Assembly: GCF_963921235.1 (NCBI RefSeq)
Contig: NC_086097.1
Location: 89,096,001-89,160,000 of the forward strand
Reading direction: 5' to 3'
DNA: 64,000 nucleotides
Origin: Mobula hypostoma
Lineage: Eukaryota
Both the position numbers and the translations under genes were made by a program. Positions 23,171 through 36,809 of the stretch are shown here, one piece after another. The notes under the pieces are model-generated. The model did no database searches, was not told where the DNA came from, and worked only from the letters and a program-made list of their open reading frames with translations. Every line of letters starts with the position of its first letter. Within the stretch, counting starts at the first letter, position 1.

Positions 23171-25820
23171 CTTTGTCAACCTGGGCATATTTTTTCTCTG
23201 CAACGGTAGGGGAACCTGATGCAAAAGCTATGGGATGTTGACTTCTATCACTCACAACATGCAGCATGACTGCACTTATACCATAAGGCAAAACATCGCA
23301 GGCAAGCTTCACTGGATGATATGGATCATAATGTGTCAGTACAGTGCCTGAATTCCCCATTTCCTTTACCTTTTGGAAAGCCACTTCACACTGCTTTGTC
23401 CATTGTGATTTCCTCCCAATCTGCAGTATTGAGTCCAACGGATGGAGCACAGTTGCCAGGTTTAGCAGGAACCTGTTATAGTAGTTGACAAATCCTAAAA
23501 GGGACCACAACCGTGACATGTCCTTTGGCTTTGGGGCATCCACCACTGCTTGAACTTTCTCAGCACACTTGAGTAATCCTTGTGTGTTAATAGTATGGCC
23601 GCAGTAAGTGATGCTTGGTTCAAAGAATTCACCCTTGTCATGTCGTGCTCTGGGCCCATAATCTTCTCATTTTTTTAACACTGTCTTGAGGTTTTGGAGA
23701 TATTCCTTGTAATCCTTACTGGTAAAAATGATATCATCCAGGTAACAATACTGAGTGCCTGGACAGCCTTGCAGTACTTGGTCCATAACTTTCTGCCAGA
23801 GTGCAGGTGTAGATGCTACTCAAAAAATAAGTCCATTATAGTGATAAAGCCCTTTATGTTGAGAAATACTTTGGAGTCTTCTTCCATCTCCATCTGCAAG
23901 TAGGCCTCAGCTAAGTCCACTTCTCTGAAGTTTTTTCCTCCAGAAGGATTTGCAAATGTATCCTCTATCCTGGGCAGAGAGTATTGATCTACTTTCAGGA
24001 TTTGGTTGATGGTGACCTTAAAATCACAACAGATCCTGACAGATCCATTCTTCTTGTCTACTGGGACCACTGGTGTTACCCATGGACTCCACTCAATCTT
24101 GGAAAGAATTCCTTCAGCCTCCATGTGATTTTGCTCACTGGCTACTATCACTTATGGTATAATGAACTGGATCAACTTTGCAAGACTTGGGTGCGGCATT
24201 TTCATTTAACACTATTTTACCCTTGATATCTTTGAATTTTCCAATGCCATCCTTGAACACTGCTGTGGCATCATCCAGTACGTATCCTAATTCAATTTCA
24301 GTTGGCTTCATTGCAGGAATGTGGCATGTAAATGATGAATGGATCTCCAGTCAAGTTGTAGTTGCCTCAGCCAATTATGCCCCACAATGCCAATCCTCCT
24401 GTTTATACCATATACAAGCTCAATGTGGCTTGTTGTGTGTTGTATTTCACTGTTACAAATATTATTCCCACAGGAGTCATCTTTCCTCCAGTGTAAGTTC
24501 TTGGTTGGATATCTGCAAGCTTCAGTATCTTCGAAATGTCATTCAAGCTCATTTTGTGGAATGACTGAAATTGCCAAACCAGTGCCCAATTCCATTTTAA
24601 TTAATTTGGCATTCACTTCTGATATAAGCCATATCGCTTGAGTATTGCGAGGTTTTACATAGTAAATCTCAAGGCTACTCAGTCCTGCATCACTCTCATC
24701 ATTATCAGATTTTTCATCAACAGCAATTAGTACTCATTTTGAAACTGCAACTTGACTGATTTTTTTCTCTTCTCTGTGCAGTCCATTTATTTTTGTCTGC
24801 CCAAAATACTCTTTGTATGCATTTTCTGCGAGTTTGTCTTTCAAACTGCGTTGGTCTGGTGTATGTCAGCTCCTGCTGCAACAGTAACAAAATTTGTTTG
24901 GCCAGGCTGGTTTCTGTTTAAAAACGTTCCAATTTTGTTCGTGCTCTCTTTCATTCTGTCTGTAACTCTGTTGCATCTCTGTCTGTAGTTTCCATTAAAA
25001 CTGCAATTTCAACTGCTTCAGTTCGGAGCCATTTCTGAATGCTTTCTTTTAAGATTCCACAAACTAAATTATCTCTTAGTGTATCATTAAGCCCACTACT
25101 GAACTGACCACGCTCAATCTCAATTCACTCACATATGCTGAAATGGACTCCCCTTTCTTTTGATTCTGCTTATAAACCTAAAGCATTCTGCAATCAAGAA
25201 TGGCTGCAGTTATAAATGTTCCTACATTAATTTCACAATATTAGCAAAGCTCATTTCTCCTAGTTTGGTTGGAGCAGTTAAGCTTCGAAGCAAACCGTAT
25301 GTCTTTAAACCCAATGCACTCAGCAAAATCAGTACATGCTTCTCATTCACTATTTCATTTGCTTCAAAATAATGTTCCATCTGCTCAGTATATAAAATCC
25401 AGTTATGTTGTGTAATCAAATGTGTCTATCTTCCTGATGTAGCTAGCCATTTCTACATTTTTTATGATTACTATCACCCAGTACTCACTATTTATAAATC
25501 CTGAATTTTTTCATTTACTGCCTTTTTTTTTAACTCAACTCTCTCTGTAGGTGCTGTGCTGTGCTCTTTTTTAATTTAAAAATTGACTGTTTCTTGCTGC
25601 GATTTTTTAAAGTTGCCATCCTCGCTGTGCTTTAGCATGTCGGTAGGCATATCAGGTTTGTTCTTAAAATACCTCGTTGCCACTATTATGTTTTATAACT
25701 TCAAAACATTAAAATAATTCAAAGAAAGACAAGGGAGTCTGAAATGTGTCTAACTTTGTGATTACCTTGTGCGAGGCGTGCATGTATCACAGGGTAGCAT
25801 GATGACATAGTGCTCAATGT
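23170..25820 (-). mobile_element. Mag/K02A2.6-like Gypsy element, 5' portion (partial LTR, PBS, gag, PR, RT, RNase H)
   Basis: PBS TGGCAACGAGG (25672-25682, tRNA-Ser type); Gag NWILYTEQMEHYFEAN; RT WVTPVVPV..GSVRICCDFKVTIN; RNase H VKLACD..PIAFAS. Confidence 0.85.
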
Positions 25821-26049
25821 TACTTTTAAAGTTTGAAACACTTTCAGTTGTTCTTCATTAAGAGTCATAGGGTCGTCTGAGCACCTACTGTCTTTCAGCA
25901 GATTATTGAGTGATTGATGAATCTAACACTAGGTACATTGATTAACGATGGTTTCATCTTCAGTCACTATTCCAGTGAGCTTTGGAGATGAAGTCAATGA
26001 ATATATTCAAGCCTGTGATAGACATTTGTTTTGTTGGTTATTGACTTCA

Positions 26050-27314
26050 GAAACAGCAGGTAGTGCACATGCTTCTGTTAACATCAATAGTGCTGCGGGG
26101 GAGAGTTTCAAGTTCCTCGGAGTAAAGATTACCAATAGACTGTCCTGGTCGAACCGCATAGACACTGTAACCAAGAAAGTGCACCAATGCCTCTATTTCC
26201 ACTGGAGGCTGAAGAAATTTTGTGTGACCCCATTGACCTCGCCAGTTTTTGTAGATGCACCATAGAAAGCATCCTATCCAGATCCATCATGCTCTGTATG
26301 GCAACTATTCTGCCTGAGACTGCAAGAAAGTACAAAGAGTTAATGACACGGTTCATCACATCACAAAAACCATTCTCCACTCCATGGCTTCTGTCTACAC
26401 TTCTTGTTGCCTTGGTAAAGCTGCCAACCAAACAAAGGCCACCACAGGCATTGTCTCTTCTCCCCCTCCCATTGGGCAGAAGATACAAAAGCATGAAAGC
26501 ACATAACAACAGACTCAAGGACAGCTTCTGTATTGCTGTTATAAGAATACTGTACAGAGCTCTTGTATGATAAGATGAACTCTTGATCTCACAATCTACT
26601 TTGTTATGACCTTGCACCACATTGTCTGCCTGCACTGCACTTTCCCTGTAATTGTTGTGACGGGGTCCTGAATTACCCCTATGAACTGTACTTTTAAAAA
26701 GAGAGAGAGAGAGTTGTTCAACACCAAACACCTTGTTATTGAGAGAAAGAGAGGTGAAAACTGCTTTGAGATGGTGTTATAGTTTCTCTGCAGCATGCTT
26801 ACACTTTGCAAGGGACACTGGCAGCTTCCAAGTTCTTACAGAGAGAGAAGAGAGGAGCTGCTTGATGGACAGCTGGTGTTCAGCACGGTGAGATAAATAG
26901 AAGGCCAGCTGTTAGACCTACAGACACCTGGTTCTGAACACTGAATGAGCATTGTTGTGCCCACAGAAAAAGTAGGTTTTGGAGGATCAATCAGGCGGAT
27001 CGATCAGTGGCTCTCGCGGTGTGAAAAGGGTGTGACCAGTGGGGAGTTACTCATGTGTCCGACCCTCCCCTGGGTTGATAATTCCACCACAGAAGAACAG
27101 TCTCCTTTGTTGTGGTCACAGTCGGTGACTTCTAAAGGATTTCGGAGGACAACGGGAAAGCGACCGCGTCAGCTCACCTGAAGACTCAAATCTCTCCCTC
27201 TCTCTCTCTCTCTCCATCACTACTCAACTCAATAGCACGAACTGAACTGAACTTTACGCATCTTCGTAAGACTATCTATTTACCCCTAGACTTGAAGAAG
27301 CTTGGGTTTCATAT

Positions 27315-27398
<84 letters not shown>

Positions 27399-27690
27399 AA
27401 TCATTGCTAATCTGTTTGATATATCTGCATTTATATTACTGTATTGCGTAGTTACTAATAAATACCATTAGTTAATAGCAATACCCGACTCCAAAGTGTT
27501 TCTCATTTCTGCTGGATCTTTAACCTGTCACGGGGTATGTGACATTGTAACACTTTATTCTGTAATCTGTTCTTGCTTGATCCTGGTATTACTTCAATAT
27601 GCTGCATTGTGCTGAAATTATCTGTATTGATGGCATTGAAAAACAAGTCTTTTTCATTGTACACATGACAACAATAAACTAATTACCAAT
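26050..27690 (+). mobile_element. Rex1/Babar-like LINE 3' fragment interrupted by a solo LTR
   Basis: ESFKFLGVKITNRLSWS, CTIESILS, LPLGRRY. Confidence 0.7.
26656..27544 (+). mobile_element. Solo LTR
   Basis: TG...CA ends (tgtgacgggg...gtgaca), 4-bp TSD TTGT (26652-26655, 27545-27548), AATAAA near the 3' end, internal CA/TG/TA microsatellites. Confidence 0.85.
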
Positions 27691-28808
27691 TAACCAATTT
27701 TTCAGTGTGGAGTCATGTTAAGAGTATCAAAAAGGAAAGTGGAGCTGAGGCTATGATAACATCCGCTGTGATCTTATCGAAAGGAACAACAGACTAAACA
27801 TGTCTGTTTCTGCTTCTTACTTCCTTATTTTCATTTGTAAGTGGAGCATTGTGTTTGTGACAGCAGATCTTACCTTGTCCATTTCTTTCAAGTCATTACA
27901 TGTCTTGTGGCACAACATCCCTGTCTTGGGTGCAGGATCACTGGCTACCATCTCCTCAGCAACACCCATTCCTGTGCTGCATGGGTGTGTGTATGACATC
28001 CACTGTCCCCGTAGGTGTGTGACAATCCTATCCCTTGGTAGCTATATATATAGGAACGGGAAAGGATGACTTAACTCCTTGAGATTGTTACAACTATCTC
28101 TCAAAAAAAATGGCTGACTTTGTTCCATATCCCTTCATAATTTTTATGAATATAAATCTCACTCCAATTTAAATTAGCAATCACCATTTTGTGGACGAAA
28201 GTTCTAAAATACTCTTGCGTTTTACCATTGAAGAGGTTTTCAGCTCATTTCTAAAAGAACAGGCTTTTCCTTTGAGACTATGCCCCATAATAGTCTCTAG
28301 AAGCAAACATGGTTTCTCCGGTGCTGTTATGTTTGTTTCTTAAATCCACATTAAGAACCTTGTGTACAGGTTGGAGCATGTGTATCAGCTTCGATGAGGC
28401 GATAAAGACGCTGTATGATGTCTTCATTTTACCAACCTACAGTGTGTCTCTCTTACGAATATAAGGAGCGAAATCGCTGCTATTTACCTTTTCTATTGGT
28501 TCCTCTCAGTATTTTCAAACAATTAATAGTGACACTATTTCTAAGTAAGCTTTTAGTTGCCAATACTGTATCCCAAGCTCGGGAATTATCTTGCTACCAA
28601 ATTTCCCTTAGAGGTCTAACTTAAAGACAAATACTTTAATAAGCATTTAGTCATCTGTCCTAATGTATAGCATAATATTTTACCTGTTAATGCTTCTAAC
28701 ATGCTTGTATTGGTTTTTCTAATAAGCTAATGTCTCACAAATAACTGTGAAGTCCCACAATTGATGGTGCAAGTGAACATTTCTGATTTGTTTTTGAGAT
28801 TTTTACAT

Positions 28809-29879
28809 TGTGACGCTCAGCTATATCCTAGGGGAATTTACCTATATCCTAGGGGTGTTTATCTAGGGGAAACCCCGTCCGCCGCCCAACCGTGTCTCCC
28901 GGTTGCGTCGGTTGCTGTACGATGCCACCTGCTTCGACCTCAAACATCAAATATCAGACCACACACAATGTACACTTTACAGATTACACTTTATAAATCT
29001 TACTGGGACTATGAGATTAATAGAGATACAATTTAAAAGGAAAAAGAAAAAGGTGCCAGACTTATCAAAGTTCAATTTCTTCGTGCACACAGTTGGAGCT
29101 CAAATACCCGGCGTCTTCTCTCTTCACCCTGCGATCCACTCCGACCCCCTTGACTCGCAGCTCGGGACCACCCAAAGTGATCTACTAGAGCGCTTCCAGC
29201 ACGTCTGTCTTCCTCCCGGTCTCTCCTCCAACTCCCCGCCAAAACCCAGCACGTCCGTCTTACACCCGGTCTCTCCTCCAACTCCCCGCCAAAACCCAGC
29301 ACGTCCGTCTTCCTCCCGGTCTCTCCTCCAACTCCCCGCCAAAACCCCAGCACGTCCGTCTTCCTCCCGGTCTCTCCTCCAACTCCCTGCCAAAACCCAG
29401 CACGTCCGTCTTCCTCCCGGTCTCTCCTCCAACTCCCCGCCAAAACCCAGCACGTCCGTCTTCCTCCCGGTCTCTCCTCCAACTTCCCGCCAAAACCCAG
29501 CACGTCCGTCTTCCTCCCGGTCTCTCCTCCAACTCCCCGCCAAAACCCAGCACGTCCGTCTTCCTCCCGGTCTCTCCTCCAACTCCCCGCCAAAACCCAG
29601 CACGTCTGTCTTCCTCCCGGTCTCTCCTCCAAATCCCCGCCAAAACCTCCATTTCCCAGCCATATGAGACAGAATATCAGCCCAAAAAAGAATAACATGA
29701 ACACCCATTGGTTCATTCCCTCATTATCATTAGGGATAACCCAAACAAGCTACTAGCTGCTAGAAAAAGAATCACTGTCTTAGCAGTTAACATCACAGAG
29801 AAACCAGTTTAATTATAACATAACAAAGAAGCCATTTTGATTAGCATACACAGTAACATAAATGAAGAAACCCCTTACT
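28809..29879 (-). mobile_element. Solo LTR with internal 50-bp tandem array
   Basis: Homologous end to end with the TSD-bounded LTR at 43220-43830. Its own TSD is ambiguous (acat/tcat) and the strand call is tentative. Confidence 0.78.
29196..29650. repeat. Minisatellite, 50-bp unit x ~9
   Basis: acgtccgtcttcctcccggtctctcctccaactccccgccaaaacccagc recurs at 29201, 29251, 29301 ... 29602. Confidence 0.95.
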
Positions 29880-31611
29880 CATTTCTATGGTGATCAGAAA
29901 GCAATCCTAGGATATAATTAGACAAAGAAGCACACAAGGATTATGATTGGATCAGTGGTCCAAACCAGCACTATACAACAGGAAGCTAACGTGATTAATC
30001 CAGTACACTGTCAATGTCCATCCCTCCCTATCTGCAAACCTAATGGAGAAAGATTGTGTTGCAAAAAAAAAATTATCTGAGTACCATAACAATGCCAGGT
30101 TGACTGCCTCTTGGGATGGGCTTGCTATAAGCAGGCTGTTGGAAGTTTTCAATTATTCAGCAATGACTTATATCAGCTTTCTAAAGAGCAACAACAGCAG
30201 CATTAAAAACACCCTCAAATGCGTTGCTATTAATTTGATCAGCTGACATGCTTCAGTGACCTGGAAGAAATAGTGCCCATAACATCAGCTATTGGAATGA
30301 TTGGCACCTCGCTGATTCAAATGGGCAACAGCATATGGGAAAGACAGGTGTGGCAGGCCCTCTCTATTAGTCACCTATTGGCTGCCCCTTTACTACTGCT
30401 GTAGGCTATGGATAGCACAATCCTTAGGAAGATCTTGCTTTAAAAAGGAAGTCAGGAAGGTTGTGTTGCCACCAGTAATGCTGTTAGTGAGGCTCATTTC
30501 AATGCTGGACACGTTTGGGCAGTGATTACATAACTGGACTAAATCCAGAAAACTAAACTTCAAATCAGTCCGTAGCTCAAATGGGACAGAGAAGCAGAAA
30601 AGTTAAAGGTGAGGATATAGAAATCATTACATCAGCATCATTAAAATGCCAATATCAAATTACCTACCTAAAACCTACAGCCTATTATGCCACTGTTCCC
30701 CCATCTCTGGCGGTGCTCAGAGCTTCCTTCATTGCGACAGTAGCTCGGTTTTCACTCAGACGGAAGGATTAAATACCATTCTAAAATGACTTATAATAAT
30801 AAACTAGGAAGAACCATCTCAACAGCAAACTACATGACTGGGGGGAATGTACAGAGAATCTGAAACACAACTGGAGTCACTAATCTGATGCAGGTTACTC
30901 GGAGGGCACAGTGGGAAATTTGAACTTCCTCCGCATTAGTCGCAAGGAGAGATTAGGAAAAGTGAGTGGATCCTTTAACAGTTTGTTCTGGGCCCCCTCT
31001 CCCGTAAGAAGCCCATTAGGAGAAGAGTAACAAACATAATTAGTACTAGGAAACAAAGCAGAGCATATAAAAGGCGAAAGAGCATGTAAACATCCAAGCA
31101 AATTTGATCATACCTTAATGGTTGAAAAATAAATGAAATAATAATACTTTGTGGACTGGATAAAAGTAGACTTTAGTGAGATGAGAATAGAAATACAGAA
31201 GTTAAATTGGCATCCTTAGGAAACAATACAACGATTTCAGGGGAGATAGATATTTCTAAAGAAAATCTAGAACAATCTAAGCAATAATAAAACAAACAGA
31301 TGGATGAAGACAAGAGGCTAAAGCTAAAAATGATGAATAAGGCTAACACAAGCAGGCAGAAAGTGAAGGAGAATAAGGGAATGAGACAGAGTTAAAGAAT
31401 ACAAACAGAAACCATCAAATTAAACAGCAAAGCATTCTACAGGCACATAATTAAAGAAAAAGATGAGATACTATGGGAAATAAACTCAAATGATATATCA
31501 ATTGCTTTGTATTAGTAATATAAGGGAAAAGAAAAATGAAGTCTTGTGATTTATGACAGTAGATTTATGATCATGTTCATATATCGCACAGGCAGATTAG
31601 TTGACTGCAGA

Positions 31612-33300
31612 TGTTATATTTTTAGCTCCAAAACAAACTAATTAAAAGGAAAACAAGAGCGCCAAGAGATGCGAGTCTTACTTTATACTAACTTTAAGTG
31701 AAGCCCACATGTATCACATGGTAGCATCATGACATATGCAACTCACTTATGTTTTACATAAAACCCAAAATGAATTAGTTAAATAAAGAATGCTTAATCA
31801 ACAATATATTTACAATATTATTCAAACGTTACTGAAATAGTAAATACACAACATTCCTCCCTGCTTAGCTACAGTATAAGCTTCAACTCAATATAGAATG
31901 CATCTCAACTATATGTAATACAACTACTTATATAAGGACATCCACAGTATAGGAAATTTTAAATTGACTATTTAATGCCTAAAGATTTAATCACTGTGAA
32001 GAATTTCTTACTCTTGTGGGATAATGTCTTTCCTGACAAGAGGGATCATTCTGCTTTGCAGGTGTGACTTGTGGCTGTGAAACAATCTCAGGTTCTGGGC
32101 CCTCCTTCATTGTGGTTGTAGGAGTTGACTCTGAGACTGCAGGAATTGGTTCTCACAGTGGTAGCACCTTTCTTTCCTAACAACCGATTCTGCTCTCAAC
32201 TGATCAATGTGTCATCTCCAAATTATATCAGACGCAAACTCCACTGTGTAGGAGAGTGGTCCAGTTCTGTCCTTAATCTTGGCAAGTCCTCATTTTTCAT
32301 CACCTCTGTAATCCTTGCCTGGGCTGCTTGTCCAGGAATGAGGAGCTCGCTTGAGGAGCCTTCAATTTATCTTAGCTGTTTGCTTTGCATAGTCCTTCTG
32401 AGATTGAGTTTGAGGAGATCCAGAGTTTAAACGCAAGAGACGGTCCAGGAACAGCACAGCTGGTAAATTGTTGATTGTGAAGTGTGCTACATTGCCATAT
32501 GCAAGAAGGAAATTGACGAGCTTCTGATTCAGTGTCTGTGTAAGTGTGTTCTGCTGACATTGCTCACTGTGCTTTCTTTAGACTCTGAACAAACCTTTCA
32601 GCCAAGCCATTTGTAGCTGGATGATATGGTGCGGAGGTAATATGTCTAATTCCATCCATATTTAGGAATGACTGCACAGATGAGCCAATGTCCAATTCAA
32701 TTTTCATTATTTTGCCATTCACCTCTGACATAAGCCATATTGCTGGTCTATTGTTAGTTTTCACATTGGAAATCTCAAGGCTACGCAGTCCTGTATCACT
32801 CTCATCATTATCAGATTTTTCATCAACGGCAAACAGATTAGTGCTCTTCTTGATATTGCAACTTGACTTTTTATCTTTTTCTCTTCCCTGTGCAGTCCAT
32901 TTATTTTAGTCTGCTCTTTGCGCGTGCTCTTCTTTGTTGCATCTTCACAAGTTTCACCTTTAAATCTGCATTGGTCTGGTGAATGTGAGCTCCTGCCACA
33001 ATGGTAACACAATTTATTCAGCCAGGAAATTTCCTGTTTAGACATTGCAATTTTGTTCATCCTCACTTTCATTCCTGACTGCAACTCAATTGCAGCTCTG
33101 GCGGCTATTTCCATTGATACGGCAATTTCAACTGCTCTTTTAAATGCAAGTTGTGCTTCACCTAGGAGCTATTTTTGAATATTGTCTTGCAAGATTCCTC
33201 AAACTAAACAATCTCTCAGTGTATCATTAAGCCCATTAACAAACTGACAATGGTCAGACAATACTCTCAAATGGTCAGCCGCGTAAGCTGAAATGGACAC
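31612..33300 (-). mobile_element. Internally deleted Mag-like Gypsy element with 3' LTR
   Basis: LTR 31612-31853 (TG..CA) related to 25684-25820; PPT gctaagcagggaggaa; Gag CYHCGRSSHSPDQC; protease MELDIGSSV joined directly to integrase SAPYHPATNGLAERFVQ. Confidence 0.85.
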
Positions 33301-34511
33301 CATGCATGTCTTTGCAAAGAGGGAGGAAGCACATATATGTACTTCAATAATAAATTTACTTTGAACCTTAGCACCCACAGAGAAAACATAAAAACTCCAC
33401 AGCATAAAAGATAAGAGCAGAATTAGGCCATTTGGCCCTTCGTGTCTGCTCCACCATTTCATCATGGCTGATCCATTTCACTCTTGATCCAATTCCCCTG
33501 CCTTCTCCCATAACATTTCATGATAAGACCATAACACATAGGACACAGGCATCTTCGGGGGTTACAATTGACACTATAATGCAGTAGCTCTACTTGCTGT
33601 TATCTCCGTTAGCCTGGCTCCATAACAACAGCGATAACACAAATGTTGATGTAAGAAAGTCAACGTTTAAGGTTTCTAGAACCCTGATAAAATAAATCTT
33701 CTCAGTCAGTGCCTCAGAGACAACTTGTCAAATTCCACACAACTGGAACCGCAGAGTCTGCAAAGCTATGATGTCTATCACATGTAGCACCTGTGAAGAC
33801 AATCTTGGCAACTGTACCAGACAACAATGGGATTGGGTTGATGAGAATGACGTGGAGTTCCAGGACTGAAGTAGTCTCAAGTTCAGGGTGCTCCTAGATT
33901 GGAAGCTTCACTACACTTCCCGTCATGGTCCGGTCCATGAAGTCCGGATTCCAGTTCACAGTCTGGCCCTTTGTTCCTTGTTCCAGGTTTTCTGGTTTTT
34001 CCTTTTTCTGTTGGGTGCTCTAATTGAGGCAGCTGATTCACATTTTGGGCTGGCTACATAAATAGCTCCTTGGTTCAGCTTGAGAAAACTAGACTGTATC
34101 CCCCCTCCTCCCTCCTCCCTCCTCCCTCCTCCCTCCTCCCTCCTCCCTCCTCGCCTGCAACTGCCTGAAGCCTTGCCTGCAATCTCTGCCTGAAGCCTTG
34201 GCCTGAAGACTTGCCTGCAACCTTGCCTGTATCCTCGCCTGTGTCGCTGTCAAGTTCCACCGCCAGAGCAAGACTGGAGCCTTGCTGTGCCTAGATAAGG
34301 AACTGTTTTTCATTGTTTGGAACTGTCTCTGTGTCCAGGCCTTTGCTGGTCAGGTCCGGCTGTTTGCTGCTACCTTGTGTTGGGAACCGTCTCTGTGTCC
34401 ATGCCTTCGGTAGGTAGGTCCGGCCGTTTGACGCTACCTTGTGTCGGGAACTGTCTCTCTGTGTTCTGTGTATGAGTCCCGGCCCTACGTCCTGTTCCCA
34501 AGGAGGGGTCC

Positions 34512-34785
34512 CAGCTCTGTGTTCTGCGTTCCTGTCTCCCAAGGCCAAGGCTCTGTGTTCTGCGTTCCTGTCTCCCAGGACCAAGGCTCTGTGTTCTGCG
34601 TTCCTGTCTCCCAGGACCAAGGCTCTGTGTTCTGCGTTCCTGTCTCCCAAGACCAAGGCTCTGTGTTCTGCGTTCCTGTCTCCCAAGACCAAGGCTCTGT
34701 GTTCTGCGTTCCTGTCTCCCAAGACCAAGGCTCTGTGTTCTGCGTTCCTGTCTCCCAAGACCAAGGCTCAGTGTTCTGTGTTCCT
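34512..34785. repeat. Minisatellite, 36-bp unit x ~7.5
   Basis: ctctgtgttctgcgttcctgtctcccaagaccaagg. Confidence 0.95.
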
Positions 34786-34976
34786 GGTCTCGTCCTGTCC
34801 TTGTGCCTCGCCCTGCCCAGGAGTACCTCATCCTGTCCAAGCCACATCCAGGAACCTCGTCCTGTCCAAGTCAAGGCTTTGTGATCTCATTCTGTCCACG
34901 TGCCTTGTCCTGTTCTGTAGCCATGTCTAGTTCCAGAGTCCAAGCCCAAGACGAGGACCCAGAACCTGGGTCTTGA

Positions 34977-35165
34977 CATGTCCTCGCCTCGAGGAACCCA
35001 AGCCTCGTCATGTCCTCGCCTCGAGGAACCCAAGCCTCGTCATGTCCTCGCCTCGAGGAACCCAAGCCTCGTCATGTCCTCGCCTCGAGGAACCCAAGCC
35101 TCGTCATGTCCTCGCCTCGAGGAACCCAAGCCTCGTCATGTCCTCGCCTTGAGGAACCCAAGCTA
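34977..35165. repeat. Minisatellite, 32-bp unit x ~6
   Basis: catgtcctcgcctcgaggaacccaagcctcgt. Confidence 0.95.
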
Positions 35166-36776
35166 TGTCCAGTCCTGTAGCCACATCTTGTCCTCGCCTA
35201 GTTCCGGGGTCCGAGCCCGAGTCAAGACCCAGGTTCTGGGTCCTTGTCCAGTCTCTCGCTCGGAGTCCAAGCCCAGGCTCCTAGTTCCCAGTTCCTAGTC
35301 CTGGTCCCACTTGCCTGGCCAATGTCCTAGCCCAAGTCTGTGTTCTTGTCCCAGCTTTCTAGTCAAGTCCTGTTCCTAGTACTTCAGTATCTGTGTCTTG
35401 CATTTGGGTCCACTCCCAGCGTGTCCCCCCCCCATGACACTTCCAGGGCAAAGAAACTACTCTGCGGGAAAGGTCTGGATCCAGTAGGGACCTCAGCCTG
35501 AGGTGGGAGATGAAGGATGCCAGAACAGATGGGTGGAAAGGGTGCAGGAGATTGAGCAATCCATTGACCGCATGAAACACACAGATTCTTCAGTATTGTC
35601 AAGGCCCCATCACCAACCTATTAAGAGCAAAGAGGTTAAATTATCAAGTACTGAAGGACAATCTGTGCCTTTTGTCAAAAAGACTTTTCTAAGATTTCCC
35701 ATTTACTCCTTGATGTAGATGATCTAGACTCCATTCCACAGGAAATTAGCCTCAATACAAAATCAAAGTCAAGTGTATTGTCATATGCACAAGTGTCTGT
35801 ATGCAATGATAAACTTACCTGCAATGGCATCACAGGTACTGTACATAACATCAAATCAGCAGAATTCACAAGAGAAACATAAATTATTCACCATCTTTAC
35901 CCCCCCAAACAACAAGAAGCCAACAGTGGTCGGTCATATGCCAAATGAATAACTTTAATACACTGGGATTTGATGGCATCCCTGCTGAAGAAGAGGAGAT
36001 GCCAGGGGAACCCAGAGATGAAGAAACCATAACCATTTCTATTAAGGGAAACAAATCTATGTTAACTATAGTTTCAGCCACTTGGAAAGTTGCCACTGGG
36101 GTGCTGATCCCAGTGGTTGTACAGCTCCTTCCAGAATCGCAGTGTACTCAGTCCACCGAGAGGAAGAGTGCCCATGCTCATTCTTGCCCGACAACTTCAA
36201 AGGAAATGCAGGGATCAGCGGCAACCATTATATTTTATTCCTAACCTCAGTAACGCCTTTGGTCCATCAATCCAGGACTTTGAATCATCCTTTAGAAAGG
36301 TGGGGGGGCTGTTGCTTTGCTGCTGCTTATCCATGGGAGGGGGAGCTGGAGGGGGGCTTTGGAGTTCTGATATTTAACTGTCATTCATTCTTTGGGGCAC
36401 TCCTCTGTTTTCATGGATATTTGCAAAGAAAAAGAATTTCAAGATGTATATTATATACATTTTTCCGACATTAAATGTACCTACTGAAACCTATTGAAAT
36501 TCACCTCCACATTACCTCCGATTGATGATGGCATACAAGACACAATTTTAAGAAATGGATACGAAAAGGACTCGATATCGGTGCAGATGGATGTCCAACA
36601 AAATTCTTCAATATCTTTCTTCATGCAATACTGGAATATCTCAACATGTTTCTCACTGTCATAGGAAATATTCAATCCACCTGACTCCATTCCAAAAATA
36701 TAGTCATAATGAGTTCTGTAATTGAATTATAGGGTAAAATGACCGATGGAAGGCATTACAGATTCAAAAAATGGTA

Positions 36777-36809
36777 CAGTCGATGTTTCAGGCCGAGACC
36801 CTTCATCAG
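36777..36809 (-). ncRNA. Minimal hammerhead ribozyme motif in an inverted Penelope-terminus junction
   Basis: Minus strand CTGATGA-agggtctcggcct-GAAAC-ATC-gactg. Core boxes are intact; the 5' arm of stem I is replaced by the junction with a plus-strand terminus (36810-36935). Confidence 0.6.

Larger units (their letters stand above)
33921..35439. mobile_element. Solo LTR-like insertion with several internal tandem arrays
   Basis: Ends (c)gtcatgg...ccatgaca form an inverted repeat; 5-bp TSD CTTCC (33916-33920, 35440-35444). Confidence 0.8.
33570..36720 (+). mobile_element. Old RTE-like LINE, fragmented
   Basis: QWDWVDENDVE (~33825), GFDGIPAE..EEEMPGEPRD and LLPESQC, typical of RTE ORF2; split by an LTR and other repeats. 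Confidence 0.65.

Noticed and set aside
28903..29716. Overlapping 130-254 aa ORFs
   Set aside because: Products of the 50-bp tandem array inside an LTR.
34075..35298. Repetitive ORFs on both strands
   Set aside because: Products of the 36-bp and 32-bp arrays and low-complexity tracts.
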